A stretch of 64,000 nucleotides of DNA, from the NCBI RefSeq assembly GCF_003991155.1, contig NZ_CP031295.1. One strand, given 5' to 3'. The notes under the pieces are model-generated. The model saw only the letters and a list, made by a program, of their open reading frames with translations, was not told where the DNA came from and ran no database searches. Within the stretch, counting starts at the first letter, position 1. Every line of letters starts with the position of its first letter. Shown in pieces: positions 61,977 through 64,000 of this stretch. The translations under genes were made by a program, and so were the position numbers. The stretch comes from Escherichia coli (GTDB lineage Bacteria; Pseudomonadota; Gammaproteobacteria; Enterobacterales; Enterobacteriaceae).

Positions 61977-62189
61977 ATGAATGGATTCAGAAACAGTTCA
62001 CGGAACGGTCAGGTCTGGCGTTACCAGCGTGCCGGCGGGCGGGCCGTTATTCTGGAGGTCAGTGGACGCTGGATGGAAGCGGCAGAAGCATGGCGACGGG
62101 CTGCCTGCATAGCTCCCCGGACAGACTGGCAACAGTTTGCCCGGAAAAGGGCTGAACACTGCCACCGGCGCTGCCGGGGAAGGGTGTAA
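61977..62189 (+). CDS. small basic hypothetical protein (70 aa)
   Basis: ORF with AGGGAGG RBS; Arg/Trp-rich; uncertain. Confidence 0.35.
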   Translation: MNGFRNSSRNGQVWRYQRAGGRAVILEVSGRWMEAAEAWRRAACIAPRTDWQQFARKRAEHCHRRCRGRV

Positions 62190-62869
62190 CGAAAAAAGCA
62201 GCCTTCATTACTCCAGGAGTCAGAAGGCTGAAAGGAGTTTATGAGATTTGCTTTTTTTAATATCCGGTCGGGCAGTATGACCGGCCAGTTCTGAGTAGCA
62301 CAGAGTTTTTTCCGTATTAAGTCGCGATTTTATATTTTGTGATTAATTTCACAAAATAAGGTCTTATTCAATGTGTGCTGCGATATTCAGGGGGGCTGAA
62401 ATACAGGTGCCATTTATCTGATATGGAGAATAACATGAGGAAATATATTCCACTGGTATTATTTATCTTTTCATGGCCGGTATTGTCTGCAGATGTTCAC
62501 GGGCAGATTTATGCACCAGACAGAATGAATGTTAATTAGTTTATGAATACAACAGGGGCTGATCAGCAATCACCGGAACATCGTAGCTGACGCGTTCGCA
62601 ATGCTCAGTTGTCCCCCCCGGAAACGGGAAAAAGTAAGTTTTCCCCCGCTCCCGGCGTTTTTGTAACAAAAACAGGCAAATGGGGGTAATAGTCAGCAAC
62701 AGGGAATGTGGTATTATCGCGGCGGGTGTTTGAGCCTTTCTGGTTCAGGCAAGACGCAGGTACCAGAAATGCGAAGACCCCACTCGTTAATCCATTAACT
62801 CGTGAGGTCTGCATGAAGTACCTTAACACTACTGATTGTAGCCTCTTCTTTGCTGAGAGGTCAAAGTTT

Positions 62870-63019
62870 ATGACGAAATATGCCCTTATCGGGTTGCTCG
62901 CCGTGTGCGCCACGGTGTTGTGTTTTTCACTGATATTCAGGGAACGGTTATGTGAGCTGAATATTCACAGAGGAAATACAGTGGTGCAGGTAACTCTGGC
63001 CTACGAAGCACGGAAGTAA
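62870..63019 (+). CDS. srnB: Hok/Gef-family toxin (SrnB/PndA-like, 49 aa) with in-frame upstream extension from 62813
   Basis: MTKYALIGLLAVCATVLCFSLIFRERLCELNIHRGNTVVQVTLAYEARK resembles the Hok toxin at 24550. Confidence 0.75.
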   Translation: MTKYALIGLLAVCATVLCFSLIFRERLCELNIHRGNTVVQVTLAYEARK

Positions 63020-63302
63020 GCTGCCGGGCGGGGACGGAAGTCCCCGCTTTCCGGAAGTGTGAGGTATTTCAGGGGCAGACACCCTATATACCAGAAACAG
63101 CCGGTCCCGCCCGGGGCCGGCACCCTGGCTAAGGCATTTCCAGCTTTTCAGTCATTTCATTATCAAAATCACATTAAACGGTCGTAATCAGACATGATTT
63201 GTGCGCCAACACAGATCATCGTCACAACTTTCAAGTCGCTGATTTCAAAAAACTGTAGTATTCTCTGCGAAACGATCCCTGTTTGAGAATTGAGGAGGCG
63301 AG

Positions 63303-63560
63303 ATGTCGCAGACAGAAAATGCAGTGACTTCCTCATCAGGCACCAAGCGTACATACCGGAAAGGTAACCCTGTTCCGGCCAGAGAGAGGCAAAGAGCTTC
63401 TCTGGCTCGCAGAAGCAACACTCATAAGGCTTTTCATGCGGTTATTCAGGCCCGGTTAAAAGACAGGCTGAGTGAACTGGCGGATGAGGAAGGTATTACT
63501 CAGGCGCAGATGCTTGAAAAACTGATTGAATCAGAGCTGAAACGCAGAGCGACTTCGTAA
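63303..63560 (+). CDS. copB: IncFII-type replication control protein CopB/RepA2
   Basis: [11 protein letters not shown]... with C-terminal [19 protein letters not shown] matches CopB as recalled. Confidence 0.8.
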   Translation: MSQTENAVTSSSGTKRTYRKGNPVPARERQRASLARRSNTHKAFHAVIQARLKDRLSELADEEGITQAQMLEKLIESELKRRATS

Positions 63561-63689
63561 ATATTCACATTCTTGCTTATCTCAGGAGTGAGTGGTAGAT
63601 TGCTGATCGTTTAAGGAATTTTGTGGCTGGCCACGCCGTAAGGTGGCAGGGAACTGGTTCTGATGTGGATTTACAGGAGCCAGAAAAGC

Positions 63690-63790
63690 GAAAACCCCGA
63701 TAATCTTCTTCAAGTTTGGCGACTAGAAAGATTACCGGGGCCCCATAAAACCGCATAGCCAACAATTCAGCTATGCGGGGAGTATAGTTA
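63690..63790 (-). ncRNA. copA: putative CopA antisense RNA / CopT target region
   Basis: Long imperfect hairpins (CCCCGATAATCTT...AAGATTACCGGGG and CCGCATAGC...GCTATGCGG) between copB and the leader peptide; boundaries approximate. Confidence 0.35.
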
Positions 63791-63791
63791 T

Positions 63792-63866
63792 ATGCCCGGA
63801 AAAGTTCAAGACTTCTTTCTGTGCTCACTCCTTCTGTGCATTGTAAGTGCAGGATGGTGTGGCTAA
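63792..63866 (+). CDS. tap: replication leader peptide (Tap/RepA6-like, 24 aa)
   Basis: [24 protein letters not shown] read from 63792. Confidence 0.5.
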   Translation: MPGKVQDFFLCSLLLCIVSAGWCG

Positions 63867-64000
63867 TCATGAAACACATTCAGTAATAGCGGGTGGGATT
63901 GAATCAGATCTTCACATTGATTCCAGCAAGTATCCTCACCCGTTTTGCAGCCTTCTCCAGAAAAGGGCTCATTTTGACTCCTTCAAGCATCTGATCTTCA

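Noticed and set aside
63577-63879. 100-aa minus-strand ORF overlapping the copA/tap region
   Set aside because: It overlaps the structured antisense-RNA control region and the leader peptide of the replication module and shows no protein features.

Overview
This window reads as an F-like (IncF) conjugative plasmid. Coordinates 1-4859 are an insertion-sequence mosaic: a partial IS30 inserted into an IS3-family (IS911-like) remnant, a 93-aa low-GC orphan ORF, IS1, a captured rclA-type oxidoreductase gene, and IS26. Next come a ResD-like tyrosine resolvase, a divergent double partition locus (ParA/small ParB opposite ParM/ParR around a repeat-rich centromere-like region), and an SOS-regulated impCAB mutagenesis operon with a LexA box. 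From about 10.8 to 27.1 kb lies a leading region transcribed toward oriT: two orphan DNA methyltransferases of different classes, KlcA/ArdB, SSB, a large ParB-like protein, PsiB/PsiA, a hok/mok toxin locus, and at least eleven conserved proteins of unknown function. These are organised behind three copies of a ~650 bp GC-rich structured repeat that I interpret as Frpo/ssi-type single-strand promoters. An F-type oriT (nic motif near 27752) is followed by the transfer operon traM through traX, then an alpha/beta hydrolase, an intact finO, an srnB/hok-family toxin, and the copB-copA-tap replication control region at the window edge. trbC and especially traD are broken into several reading frames by single-base changes at short homopolymers, while neighbouring long genes (traC, traN, traG, traI) are intact. 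No rRNA, tRNA or CRISPR array was found. All calls rest on reading the sequence and ORF translations against remembered protein families; no database search was run. The most promising place for undescribed biology is the set of unknown leading-region genes sitting behind the structured repeats.
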